DNA of 64,000 nucleotides from NCBI GenBank assembly GCA_002633005.1, contig NMRA01000480.1, forward strand, positions 254,172 through 318,171. Direction: 5' to 3'. The notes under the pieces were generated by a model. That model did no database searches, was not told the DNA's origin, and worked only from the letters and a program-made list of their open reading frames with translations. The position numbers and the translations under genes are program-made. The stretch comes from Phoronis australis (lineage: Eukaryota; Animalia; Phoronida). Positions 36,464-48,765 of this stretch are shown piece by piece; position 1 is the first letter of the stretch; the number at the start of each line of letters is the position of its first letter.

Positions 36464-38052
36464 AGTAGAATGCCACCCAAAAACAACCTATTTTGTATCA
36501 ATTTAGATCGAGTAGTTCCACTCGATAATAGCAAGTTCAGTTGTTTTACCTGACACCTAACGGCAGACGGAGGTGCTGCAATTAACCAATGACGTAATCG
36601 GTTCGAACGCAGTCTGTTCAGCCGTTCACAACACGCTTACTGGTGTCAACTTATGACTTGAATTCATCGTTTTACGTGAATAAATCATTAAAATTCGATG
36701 TAAACCCCTAAGAAATACAACGAGTTCTTGAACAAACGTGTTGTTACGGACTTAGCTACAGAGTTCGGTAGGCCAATTTACCGTGACCATGGTCAATCGC
36801 GGGAGTTTGAATTTGTTTGGTGATATATTCGAATCATTCTTCTGCGAAATACAGACAGGGGAACATAGCTGTGTGTTGTACATTTAGACTTGCGATTTTT
36901 TCACTTCTAAACACACAAAACGCTTGTTACTCCCCTCCAGTGGCTCGGAACCCCATCAGGCCCGTCGCGGCCGCCGGGACTGGACATCACGAATATAAAC
37001 CAGGTTAAGTTGGAAACTAAACCTCCAGTCACGAAAAGACTATAATAGTGAGCCAAAAAATAATGTGCACGTAATTATTTAGGTGAATTAGCCACGAAAC
37101 TGAAAATCAACTTATGTGTCGGGGGCCGCGAATTCAGGTTCCCCTTCCACTGATCGTCAGGCAAAGGTTGCATAGTAACAATGATTTGAATAATGTAATT
37201 GTATATCTAAATAAAGATTCCCCTAACATGTGACCATGGCATATAAAATCGAGTAATTGTTTCCCAACATCTTTCTGTCAGCAAACACTGAATTAGCTTG
37301 CGCTCACACGGCCTCTTGCCCTCAATCTAAAGCCGGTAACGCTGTGGTTTATTCATTGCTGGCTTCTCAAATCATTTGCACTCACGAATACTATCTAATG
37401 AGACAGGCTTTGTTTCACTTTTATTTAAGCATTGGTTAGGGTGAAAATAATTCATTTTGAAACAAAACACAGAATAATAAACGTCTACATGGCAACAATC
37501 CCGACTTAGTTGAGAGCTCATCCGACGAAGACTTCACGGGTCGGATCGTTAGGTTTCACAGGCTATCAGTTCGAACCGGATTACACTGATAAAGAAATAC
37601 TAGGGAGGCGCCGTGAACATGCACAGACAACGGAACGTATGGATGGTTCATTGGTAAGCCGGAATGCGTCAGAGAAGTCACTGTCGACGAAATGCCGGCC
37701 ACAGACACGGAGATGTTTCACGGCCTCATACTTGCTATTAAAAGCGTACTTTTCATTCTTCAATACTGCGAGCCACTTCCTAAGCATTTCGGGCTCTCGA
37801 GGAAGCCGAATAAAACGACATACCCGCTTTCTTCGCAGCTGCATAGTTTGGACAAGCCGGAACGATGCACCACAATATAGCGACATTCACTCTGCTGCAG
37901 ATGAACCACTGACGTCGCTGCGGTGATTCTCACCTTCCTTACAGGTTAACGCGACACCTCTCGGCAAGTTGAGGTCAAACGTATGCGAGGCGACTTGGAT
38001 ATTGACCGACTAAGACTGTAAAAAGACCAATTAAATCGGGTGGCATTCGCCT
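36464..38052 (-). mobile_element. Kolobok-type element, copy D
   Basis: TTAA|AGTAGAATGCCACCC ... GGGTGGCATTCGCCT|TTAA. THAP remnant at 37581-37886 on the minus strand (FIRLPREPEMLRKWL..LRVCGRHF..DF). Confidence 0.9.
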
Positions 38053-38440
38053 TTAAGTTTTCAAGCTGCTTCAACTGAACGGGTATATTGGAAGGGTGAT
38101 TATGTTTTATTAACACAGTGTGGTCAAGTTGCAATAATGAGGTGAATAGTAGAAAATGTAGGGCATAGAGAATCCTACACGAGTCTCAGATTGATGACAT
38201 GGGCAAAACCTCTTGGAAATTTCGTGAAAATCCCGGAAAAACGATTTTTGCCGAAAAACTCGACGTGTATAAAACTTTCAACCACATAACCCAACTTTTG
38301 TAAAAACACGCTTGCGCAATGTAAGGTAATTCAGTTACTTTTTGTTAATAGTTTTGTTTTAAACTCAGCAATTGTAAATTGCATTCAGCTTTCGTAGCAA
38401 ATATTTAAGTTAGAATCTAGTAAATAGTCTTTGAAGTTGC

Positions 38441-38728
38441 ATATAACATGGTCACATACTTAGAGCCGTGGTTGGTTGTTAGCAGACGTTTCGACCTGGT
38501 CCGCCAGGTCTTAGTCCATGAATGAGGGATTTCCTGCCTTTCAATCGGGGGGTAAGTGGAGTCCTCTGTCTCGGTTCACTCCAGCATTCTTAACTAGCGA
38601 AAGGCGGGAAATCTGTCATTCTGGAGGACCAGGTCGAAACGTCTGCTAACAACCAACCACGTCTCTAAGTAAGTGACCATTTTATATACTACTGTAGCTC
38701 TAGAGACTGATGACGAACCTATTCTCCA
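38441..38728. mobile_element. Penelope-like inverted pseudo-LTR remnant forming a long hairpin
   Basis: Arms 38441-38501 and ~38626-38688 are near-perfect reverse complements. It carries a stem-GAAACGT motif and is flanked by the diverged direct repeat AGTCTT(T/C)GAAGTTG. Confidence 0.6.
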
Positions 38729-39868
38729 GTCTTCGAAGTTGTAATATTAGAACTTAAAAAAATGTTTATAAATAAGTCAGCAAGGCTTCCCCGCGCGTGA
38801 GCACTGAATTGGCCTTGTGACAATACAGCTAGACAGTCTCACCGCGTTTCTTGAGTTAGGGTTCGTTTCCGTTTGAATGAACGTGGATATGCCGATTTCC
38901 AGAAGTTGTTTGCATGTCATCCCGACTGGGAATACGTACAGTAGCGACACGCTATTTGTCAATCATGTAGGCATCCGTCAACAGGTGTTTGACGAACTAG
39001 ACATTGCGGTGCTCAAGGCAAATGACGGCTTGGATAAGCTCATCGAATTTTTTTGATTCCAAATTAGGCAAAGATGATTTATCAGATAGCCTTGAGAAAT
39101 TCGATGCTTTCGAGGATTACGAGCGCAAGGATGGACAATCTGTTACTGAATACATCCAAGTGTTTGATCAGTAATACAACAGAATAGTTAAAAAGGGTAT
39201 GTCACTGCCGTCGGAAATTCTAGCTTTCAAGCTGCTGCGCAAAGCAAACATTTCAAAAGGTGAAAAATTGCTAGTGCTCACCGGCATGGACTACAGCAAG
39301 AAATCCGAGCAATATGAACAAGCAAAAACGTCACTCAACAAATTCAAGGGCGAGACTGTGAGCGGCGGGGCTGTAACTGGTAATAATGGCATCAAACTCG
39401 AACCAGCGTGGTTAGTGGAAAACGAAGACGTACTCCTTGCCGCGGGTTAGGCGCGCCGACCTCCGTGGCGAGGCCGAGGTAGAGGTGGTCGCGGACGAGG
39501 ACATACACAGCCGGGCGTCAGTAATGACAGGCAACCGGATGCGCGACCCCTTAATCCAATAGGATCAAACGGAAAACGTATGACATGCATGTGCTGTGGT
39601 TCCTACAGGCACCTCATTGCCAAGTGTCCCGACAGTTGGGAGAATATGTCCAACACTCACAATTCTGAACATGCTGTGCTTTTTACCGGGAGCAAAAGCG
39701 GCTTAAGCCAACTTACGCGTGAAGCGCAAAACTCCGTAGTCCTGGACAGCGCTTGCTCTAGTACTGTCTGCGGTGAACAGTGGTTGGGTGATTACATCGC
39801 GTGTCTAAGCGAGACCGGCAAGCGTAACGTGAAGCGTAACCCAGGCGTTAGATCATTCAAATTCGGTA

Positions 39869-41327
39869 GTGGGCACAGCCTCCCATCGAGGGCCAGCGTT
39901 GAGATCCCAGCTGTGCGGAAAGTCTGTCACGATCAAAACTGATGTGGTTGAATCTGAAATACAACTATTGTTATCTAAACAAGCGATGAAAGAAGCTAAA
40001 GTGAAACTAGATCTAGAGAATGACACCGCTGAGATTATGGGCGAGCGAGTCAATTTGCAACAAACGACATCGGGTCATTATTGTGTGCCAATCGTTCCAT
40101 CGCGTACTGTGGAAGAGCACGAAGTGTTCGCTGTTAATCTTCAGCATCTTACCGCAACAGATCGCAAGAAAGCTCTTTTCAAATTGCACAGGCAGTTTGC
40201 GCATCCTCCCACTGACAAACTCGTTGGCTTGCTTAAAGACGCGGGGGTGTATGATGACTGTTTCCTGGATGATTTGTCTGCGATTCGGGACAATTATGAC
40301 TTGTGTAAAATCCACGCGAAAACGCCCCCGAAACCAGTCGTTGCGTTTCCTATGGCCAACGATTTTAATGATGCTGTTGCAATCGATCTTAAGAAGTGGA
40401 AATCGCGCTGGATTGATATGTGGTCCCGTCTGACAATCTCCGTGTTTATTGACAGAAAGAAACCATCCGAAGTAATTGACAAAATAATGACTTACTGGGT
40501 TGGTGCTGGATTTGGCGTTCCGAAAGCGATATTGTCGGACAATGGCGTGGAATTCAGTTCGGATGAAACTCGAGAAGTGGCCAGTATTTTGAACATGAAA
40601 CTGCACACTACTGCTGCCGGTAGTCCATTTCAATGGTTTGTGCGAACGCGTTACCGATAGTATGCTGATAAAGCTTGCGGATGAGTTCCCCAAAACCGAT
40701 TTAGCTGTGCTGCTGTGTTGGGCGAATGTTGCTCGAAATTCTCTGCATATGTGGAACGGATTCAGTAGTTATCAGTTAGTCTTTGACAGGAATCCGAACT
40801 TGTCCAATATCATGTCCGACGGTTTGCCCGCTCTGCAGGAAATTACCTACAGCGAGACTCTTGCGAAACACTTGAATGCGCTGTACGCCTCGAGAAGAGC
40901 GTTTGTGGCGTCTGATGCGGATGAGAGAATTAGAAGGGCGTTGCGTCACAAAGTGAGATCATCGGAACAATTGTTTGAGCATGGTACTGTTGTTTATAAC
41001 AAGCGTGAAGACCGAGAACGATGGCTCGGACTCGGAAAAGTTTTGTTTCAAGACGGCAAGGAGGTGGTCGTGCGCCATGGCGGTTTAATCGTGCGCGTGT
41101 CTCCTACGAGACTTGTGAAAGCCGGTGAGGCACTTGGCACCCAGTCTGATGATAGTGATTCTGTTTCACAAAATGACATTTCCGATCATGGTAACGCGAA
41201 CGATTGTACACCGACTAGAAACGTTGCGTGTAGTGAACAGCTTGGTGCCTCGAATAGTGACAGTTGTGAGAATAGAAGTGACACTGCAGTTCGCCCCGAC
41301 ATACGCATCAGGTACAAAGTCCTCCCA
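39869..41327 (+). pseudogene. Copia integrase region (frameshifted at ~40635)
   Basis: Overlapping ORFs 39869-40660 and 40638-41423 join at SPFQ/GLCER. Confidence 0.85.
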
Positions 41328-41328
41328 N

Positions 41329-41938
41329 CAATTTCAAGTGTCAAATTCGGAACACGGCGCATTCGTAACGGAACTATGTCTAAGTATAGGCTCTCCCGCG
41401 ATATCCCAGGCGACCGGCAGTAGCGCTGCGCACTACGACTCCGTTTCCGTCGTCTGCTCCACTGTGCAGTGAAGAAAATTTACTTCATTTTTAAAGAAAA
41501 TGGAGCCTGAGTGACGATGAAAAAACAAAAGCTGCTGGTAAGATGTTAATCACTCAGAAACTCGCAATACTCTCTTTGTCAAACCTTATCTTAAGACGAT
41601 TTCCAAAGCAATCCCGTCATTATTGCTAACACGAAAAAAGGATTTGGTCTTTTGGGCTTAAGAATTGATGGCACAAAATATAAAACGTGTAATAAGCATT
41701 ACAAAAAGAAGTAGGTTTCGCGCGCAAACGCTGTGGACCTTTTTTCTTGGATAATACTTCAGGAATCAAGGAAAATGCTTGATTTTAGAGGTAAAAACAG
41801 AAAAATTTCCTGGGCGGGAGGGGGGTTTGCCCCCCATTCGGTGCTATGCGCGTCTACAATCATGGTTCAGTTTGCGCAAATGCTTACAGCCGGACGAAAT
41901 GTTGGGCCTCCCCTTGTGACATCCTAGATCCGCCACTG
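41329..41938. mobile_element. TIR element fragment inserted in the Copia
   Basis: Ends in CCTAGATCCGCCACTG (reverse complement of a CAGTGGCGGATC-type TIR), after which the RT frame resumes. The left end falls at the single N at 41328. A similar CAGTGGCGGAT end occurs at 21463. Confidence 0.65.
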
Positions 41939-42602
41939 TCCCAAATCGCGTCACAACGAGTCCGAGTGCGTTATTGCGAAACACGTTGAACTTGACAAGT
42001 TGAAAGAATTCGGTACCTACGAAGAGGTAAATGACAACGGACAAAATAGCATGTCCACCACCTGGGTTTTGTGGAGTAAAGGTGATCAAGTGCGAGCGAG
42101 ATTGGTCGCCTGAGCCTTTGAGGAGCAGGCGGACGTGCCTCGGGACTCGCCCACCATTGGTAAAAGTGCATTGCGGGTGTTTTTGGCAGTGGCTGCTGCA
42201 ATAAGTTGGACTCTCAAAAGCACTGACATCAAGTCTGCGTTTTTGCAACGCGATATTTTTATCGTTCCGCCGCCTGAGGCAAAATGCGCCCAGAAACTGT
42301 GGAAGTTGAACCGCTGCCTATATGGATTGAATGATGCTGCTCGTCAATTCTTTGAGAGCGTGTGTGAAGAGCTGCAGAAGTTGGGTTGTACCCAGTCATC
42401 CCATGATCCCGCCCTGTTTACTTTCCGCAAGGACGGTCGACTAGTAGGTATGTTATGCAGTCACATTGACGGTTTTTTGCATTGCGGCGAGAACTGGTTT
42501 GACTTGTTGGTCATGGCTCGTTTGCGCGAACGCTTTACGGCTGGAAAGTTGGAGGAAGGCGGCCATTTCAAATTTGTCGGTTTTCATGTAAAGCACATAT
42601 AA
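41939..42602 (+). pseudogene. Copia reverse transcriptase (RVT_2), truncated
   Basis: AK..EL..LKEFGTYEEV, STTWVL, RARLVA, DSPT, DIKSAFLQ, LYGLNDAAR, DPALF. Confidence 0.9.
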
Positions 42603-45025
42603 TCACTTGTTAGGGACATTTGCGTTGTCTTTGAGCGAACTAACAGGTGTTATTAACCAGTCGTGTCGTAACACATTCCAGGTCATGCGAGAAAAGGCGA
42701 ACGTCAATTCTGGATTAATTTCGTCGACTTGTAGGGAGATACTCCCCCCATATCACAATCAAGGCGATGGAAAAGCAACAGACACATTCAACCTCTTTAA
42801 AATCTGGCCCCAACGATTTCCAGCCCTAGCTTCTTACGGTCCTTCTGCACATTGAAGTAAAATGTCCTTTAGAATGAACGAGTACGGACACGTTCAGTGG
42901 AAATATATTATAAGCAAAATGGAGTACACACTTATAAAAAAATATGTTCAACGATACATGCAAAGGTACGGAAATTAATATTTTGACCACAATGAACCTC
43001 AGTCGGACTATTTGATTTTTATTCATATCACTAAATTGATATTTTTGCTTCTTTATTCATTTGAATTCCATACTATACTAGTACCATTGCATACATCCAC
43101 CCTACGTCAATATTTCGATAGACGGTAAGGAATGACGTAATGGAAAGTACTGGATCTTTTGTGGAATAAATGGAATTTTGATGAGTTTTATTTATTCATT
43201 TTCTCATTCATGTGGTATCTCTCTTGGAAAATATGTTTTATGTGATATTTTCTCAAAAGTTGGCTTTGCATGTTTTTAAAATTGGCTGGGTAAAACGTGC
43301 ACAAACCGATCGTGATTTGATAAAGGTAGATCTCATTACAATTTATAGTGTGGTTTTAGTACATATGTACCTACTCTAGTACATATGTACCTGTTCTAGA
43401 ACTTATGTACCCATTCCAGAAGTCAAATCAAACAACCAAACTCATTACTTTGTATATTAGATTTCTATGTGTATTGAAATGATTGGAATTGCTGCGGAAA
43501 AGAAAATAAAATTCAAACGCGGCGTCGCTTAGCCTTCCTGTCTCGTGCGGTCGAACAGTACTGCAATTCAAATATTAATCTTAAATGTTCTTTTTAGTAA
43601 CTAAGACCAAAAACAACATAACCGTGGTTAAATTGCTCGCAGACAATTTAACGATAGCCTGTCGGTTTCATTTTCGTCAAAATCGGTACTGAATTGTGAT
43701 AAGCAAATCACTTTGTTAAAATGTATTCCCAAGTGACGTCCTTTAAAATTGACATCATTTTTCAAAATAGACAGAACATAATTTACAAGTTTCGGAATTC
43801 CAAACTTCACCTGGCTGATGAAATCCTCGTCAATGTCATTATTTTTTCCACACCCCTGTAAACACTTCGGAAAATACTGTGAGGCATGATACAGATGCAA
43901 ACACATTTTTATAGATTACATTTCCGTGATCAAATTTTTGATAAAAAGTAGGATACTTGGCACATTGACAACAAATCTCAGTATTTAGTCAAATAACAAA
44001 AATTATATATTTTAGATCAGTGAAAGCATGTATATTGAAAGTAAAAGTCATATATAATTTGTTTTTTACTTCTTATCAATCTGCCATGAGTGGAGTCAAG
44101 TGACCATATCTTCCTAGTATATTTTAGCAAAAAGGAAACTCCCGTTGATAACAATTCAACGAAATCAATTACAAGAACGAAATTGTTTCAATATAAGCAT
44201 TCAAGTTCAAAAACGCGGTTGCAGCTTACTAAGCTATCTTTTCGTTTTCTTGTTATGCAAATTTTTATATTTTCTGAAAATCATGAAAGTCCTACTTTTG
44301 ATAGCCTACGACGTAAAAGTAGAATACTTTAAAGGCAATTGCTAACATTATAGGTAGCTTGGAATTCAGGGCACAAAGCATCAGTTCTGAAAGTTTCTTA
44401 GGAACCCGATTAGTCTATTGTGAGATATGATATTCCGAAGTAAGGCAAATTTGAGGGTTTGTTTCTAGGGTCTTACATAACCATAAAGGTACACTATCTG
44501 CCAAGGAATTCTTACTCTGGTACATATAGTACATCAATAATCTGCATCTAACAGAACTGGGTTTCTCTGATTGTGTGTGGCTAATGATGGTGTTTACAGC
44601 GCCTTCTGTTGGTCAACATATGTGAGACTTGAATATATGTGAATTTAGTTTTTACCAAAAATGTGCAACTTTAAACAAGGGAACTTTTTGATGTTGAATT
44701 AGATATGCTTTATATTGTCACACAAGAAAAAAGCAGCAGCAAATTATCAAGTGAAAGAAGTCGAGAAATATTCTAAACCTCAGGGGCCAAAACCTGCCAT
44801 ATGGATACAATGCGGAAAAAAAAGGTGACGCAGTCACTAGGTGTGTTCGCAGTGTAAGTAGCAGGGGTCGTAACACTCAACTAATCTTCGATCCTCAATC
44901 ATTCATCCTGTGTTAACAACTACTTACATTATCACGTGCCTGCTATTGCAACACAGCAATTTCTGACGATAACTCGGGTTTACTATGGGCGCTACGAAAA
45001 AAATGAGATAATAGCTACACTATCC

Positions 45026-45125
45026 TTGGGAGGGCCTAGTGGTTTAGGTGTTCGTTTTCTTTACTCAAAATCGTGGGTTAGAGTCCCACTGAGGCACACT
45101 TCTAGACCCTTAAGTCAGGATAAAG
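45026..45125 (+). mobile_element. tRNA-derived SINE head remnant
   Basis: A-box-like GGCCTAGTGGTTTAGG and B-box-like GGTTAGAGTCCC at tRNA spacing, followed by CCCTTAAGTCAGG. No full cloverleaf. Confidence 0.45.
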
Positions 45126-47130
45126 TTCAGTATCTGTCTCGCGACTAGAGAAATCTTTCCAAAATCATGTGTTCTCATTTAGAATACACTGCAATATCTC
45201 ACGTAATCTCGAGAAGTCTTGCGTTTTAGCGAGGTCCTAAGGTTGATCCGGGCGTTAATGAGCTCTAGCCTGGTCTCTAACTCCTCAACTCTGTGTAATC
45301 TATATATTAATAAAGTATAAAAGTCGTTCCAGGTGACCAGTGCAATGGGCCACCCGAGCAGCCTGAGCACGTCTGCTACAACCTGTAACAAATCGTCTGC
45401 TACAACGTGTACCAAATCGTCTGCAATTCTAACTTTTTATACATTATCCTTGAGGAAATGTAAATTTGGTGGTAATCTTAGGAGAAAAAAAAGCGTTAAC
45501 GAAAAAGGAGGGTTGTTAATAAGTGTATCCGTGTGAGCCTAAAGGAAGTTTATTTCTAAACTGAATGTATGAAGAAAATGTTAGCGTTCAATTAATACCA
45601 TTTATAATTACGTTTTCTATTTTAGAACATCTCAAATTCAATGAAGAATGGTAATTAAATCTTCGTGACATTCTCTTAAACCAAATTACGAACAATTCCC
45701 TTCAAATGGCACAGTATCGAAAGCGTAGTAAACAGGTGGTTAGGTACTAATGAATTGATGAGCTTGTGTAAATCGACCGACATTGCAAACAAACTCAAAG
45801 CTGTAACGTTGGATGGTCTTTAAAATCTATACAAATTTCAAAAAAGTCACTGCACATTTTAATCGTTCATATCTGAAAAAAATTATTTCGCATAATGCCT
45901 AGTATACCCCGTTGTCTGGACATTGACTTGTAAAGATACACGAGGAAGCGGAATGTTTAATGGATACACACACAGAGACAAAAGCGCAACCCCGCGATTC
46001 CGTTGTTCGTAATGACAAATGAACGACGACATCTCGTTAAATATGGTAGGCTGTGCTAAGTGCAACACTCGCTCTAATTCCCTCTAAAGGTGCCCATGGG
46101 ACTGCCTGCGTCGGTTGTAAATTGAAGAAGATTGACAATGATGCCAAACGTGTTAATGTCTCAACAAAACATCAGTGAAGATGCGTTCAAGACAGCGGTG
46201 GTCATGCACCCCTATAAATGTTCACAACATGTTTGTTCGCGGGACGGTTCCTGTTGTCAAGTTATTGGTGGAAGTTGACAACAGGAGTCGTTCTGTGAAC
46301 ACATAATGTCGGCGGTTTACGTAACTCGTAAGCCAATCGATGGCATGCTGCAGCTGTGTAACGTTCATGTTTATACATGTGGGATTGTACCTCTAGTCTC
46401 ACTTTTATGTAAAATTGCAAGGTTACTAAGCGTTATTAGATTGTTGCCGTTGGCGACGGAGCAACGGACTAAGAAATGTTACAATCTGTCTGTGTACACC
46501 GTCAGCCCCGACTTGAGTTCAGCAACCAATACAGATAGGCTTACGATTCAAGTCGCCAGTCAGATTTCTTGAATCCTAAGCACTTCTCAAGATTCAAATG
46601 AAATATCAGCTAGTCCATTTCAGCGATTTTTAATTCACATAAAACGCAACTTTATTATGGATGTAAAAATAAAAAAAAAACTCAATATACTTACGGAAAA
46701 TCATAACATCAACACCCTCACACACAAGTAGTCAAACGGTAATGAGCGGAGTTCTGTCAAATATATATCCCGTTAATCCTAATAAGCCAGCAGTCGTCTC
46801 CTCGCTCTCTTCAGCAAGACTTTTCTAGCATGCAATACGGATTATGGTGCGTATATGAATGTAAAAAATATCTTTGGCCGTCATAAATACCGTCATTCAA
46901 TATAACAGATTGCTGTCAGATGGCACCGTTGACGTGGTCCAGGAGCCAAGTTCGACAAAACAATCCTCGCTGTCAAAGCGTATGCAGCTTGATGCACAAC
47001 ACTTTCAAACGTGCATGCGTCGTTTTAATATGAATCATTACTTTAATTTAACACTGGTAAAAGTTTGCAAAGGCTACAAATATGTGAAACACGTTTTCTA
47101 CATTTCCTGTTTCTAAGATCCTAGTAAATT

Positions 47131-47517
47131 TTGTCTCGCATCCAGCTTCTATCAATATCAGACTCTGTTGAACATACCTGGCATGTCGTTCCCCGTTGGT
47201 CAATTCAGCTGAACACGAAAACCATGCATTCGCGACCTTAACTGGTGTAACTCGAGTAACTTACTGAATGTTAAAGGCGGGTAGCGCCTAGTGGTAACTG
47301 CTTCTCACGAGCTCAGTTGTTGCAGCTTACAGTTTAGCTGCGCTTCTATTTTCGTATTGAGCAGCAATTACGTCTCAGATATTAGAGTCAGTGAGAGAAA
47401 TAGGAAACAAAGTGAAATGCTGAATTACGCATACAAATTAGATGGTAGCTTAGCCTGGTAAAATCTGACTAAATAGCTTGTAATACTAATCAGTAGAAGC
47501 TGGATTCAAGAGACAAT
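47131..47517. mobile_element. MITE-like inverted-repeat element
   Basis: ttgtctcgcatccagcttcta ... tagaagctggattcaagagacaa. Confidence 0.5.
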
Positions 47518-48563
47518 AATAAACGCGACATATGCCATCTTTCGGGAACATTTAATGTACACTCAGGTTGAAAACTGCTTCTTCACGTGACGTGGTTCTT
47601 GCTTAGCTCATATTCAGGCATAATTTTCCGGCTAGGCGTAATTGAACCGAACAGCAACACTTCTGCAACGCTATGAGATGTCATTTGTTCAGATATACGC
47701 CTCTCCATCTAAATTAGTAGCCCTACATGTCTCAGTGATATGTATCTCCGTCTCGTCGAGATATTCTTTGTGAAGACAGGCATTTGAACCGGTTGGCAAG
47801 AAATTTAGACTCAGCAATGTAGGGCGGTCTTTGATTCTGTCCTTTTTCTGAGGCTTGACAACACTTGAATAATAAAAAAACACAATTGGTAACAAAATGT
47901 CTACACTGAAAAGCCACAAGAGAGAATTGCAGCTAAATATTAAACGCAAGTTCCATTCAAATTCGTCTCAGTGTGAACTCAGCGGGAGAGGGCAGATACA
48001 TATGGCTCAGTTTTGTCTTAAACTTGCATGCACACATGCAAACTAATTGATAAGTTCACCACTGTCGGTGGTGATATCTCGGGAATATTTGTCATGTTTG
48101 TCACCACTTTTTACTGAGACACGCAAACGACACACATAGATTGTATTGTCAGGAACTACTAACTACAGGGACATCTATCGGGAAACATACATAACACCCC
48201 TTTACGGTAACTAAATTGTCCATGCAACAAAGACAGTACCAAAAAGCACGTCTTAATCAAGTTTTATGACTACAAATTTCTACAAGTCAAGCCTCTGCGG
48301 CTGCTTACGTAGATCGTCTCACAGTGCTGGAGATTTAACGGTAACTGATACATTGTCGGACACTACGGGTTCAGTTTTGAGCACATTGTCACCTGACACA
48401 TATACAGACGGTACAGACATATTTTTTAAGTATTAAATTATGTTATGCAAGCTATACTGCTTCGTCCTTTGATTCTCGGGTCAGTGACATTTCAGTTATG
48501 CTACACCTAATGGTTTATTTGTACCACGAGATTTCTTTGACTTGTTGCAACCAATGAGCTATA

Positions 48564-48765
48564 ATACAATCTATTCAAACAGTCTCTATTTAAAAATTAA
48601 GCCTCTTGTTAGGTTTTAAAAACAATGCATCAGATCTGCGCTTAATCACATCGCAAAGTGTATTGTTTTTCGCCGTGCCTCATTATATTTATGCCTCAAA
48701 TGCATTGTTTTTTAACCTAAAAAGAGGCTCACTACTAAAATGGTGACTGTGAATAAGGTGTATAT
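48564..48765. mobile_element. Palindromic MITE
   Basis: agcctcttgttaggttttaaaaacaatgcat pairs with atgcattgttttttaacctaaaaagaggct, and the outer arms also pair. Confidence 0.6.

Larger units (their letters stand above)
38968..42602 (+). mobile_element. Degenerate Ty1/Copia LTR retrotransposon (GalEa-like), internal region
   Basis: gag (LPSEILAFKLL), zinc knuckle CMCCGSYRHLIAKC, protease VLDSACSSTVCG, integrase KLHRQFAH / VAIDL / ILSDNGVEF, then RT VRARLVA*, DIKSAFLQ, CLYGLNDAAR, HIDGFL. Domain order is PR-INT-RT, with stops and frameshifts and no LTRs found. Confidence 0.92.

Noticed and set aside
40013-40693. 226-aa minus-strand ORF
   Set aside because: Antisense shadow of the Copia integrase.
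45026-45100. Functional tRNA gene
   Set aside because: Degenerate B-box and no convincing acceptor or anticodon stems; treated as a SINE remnant.
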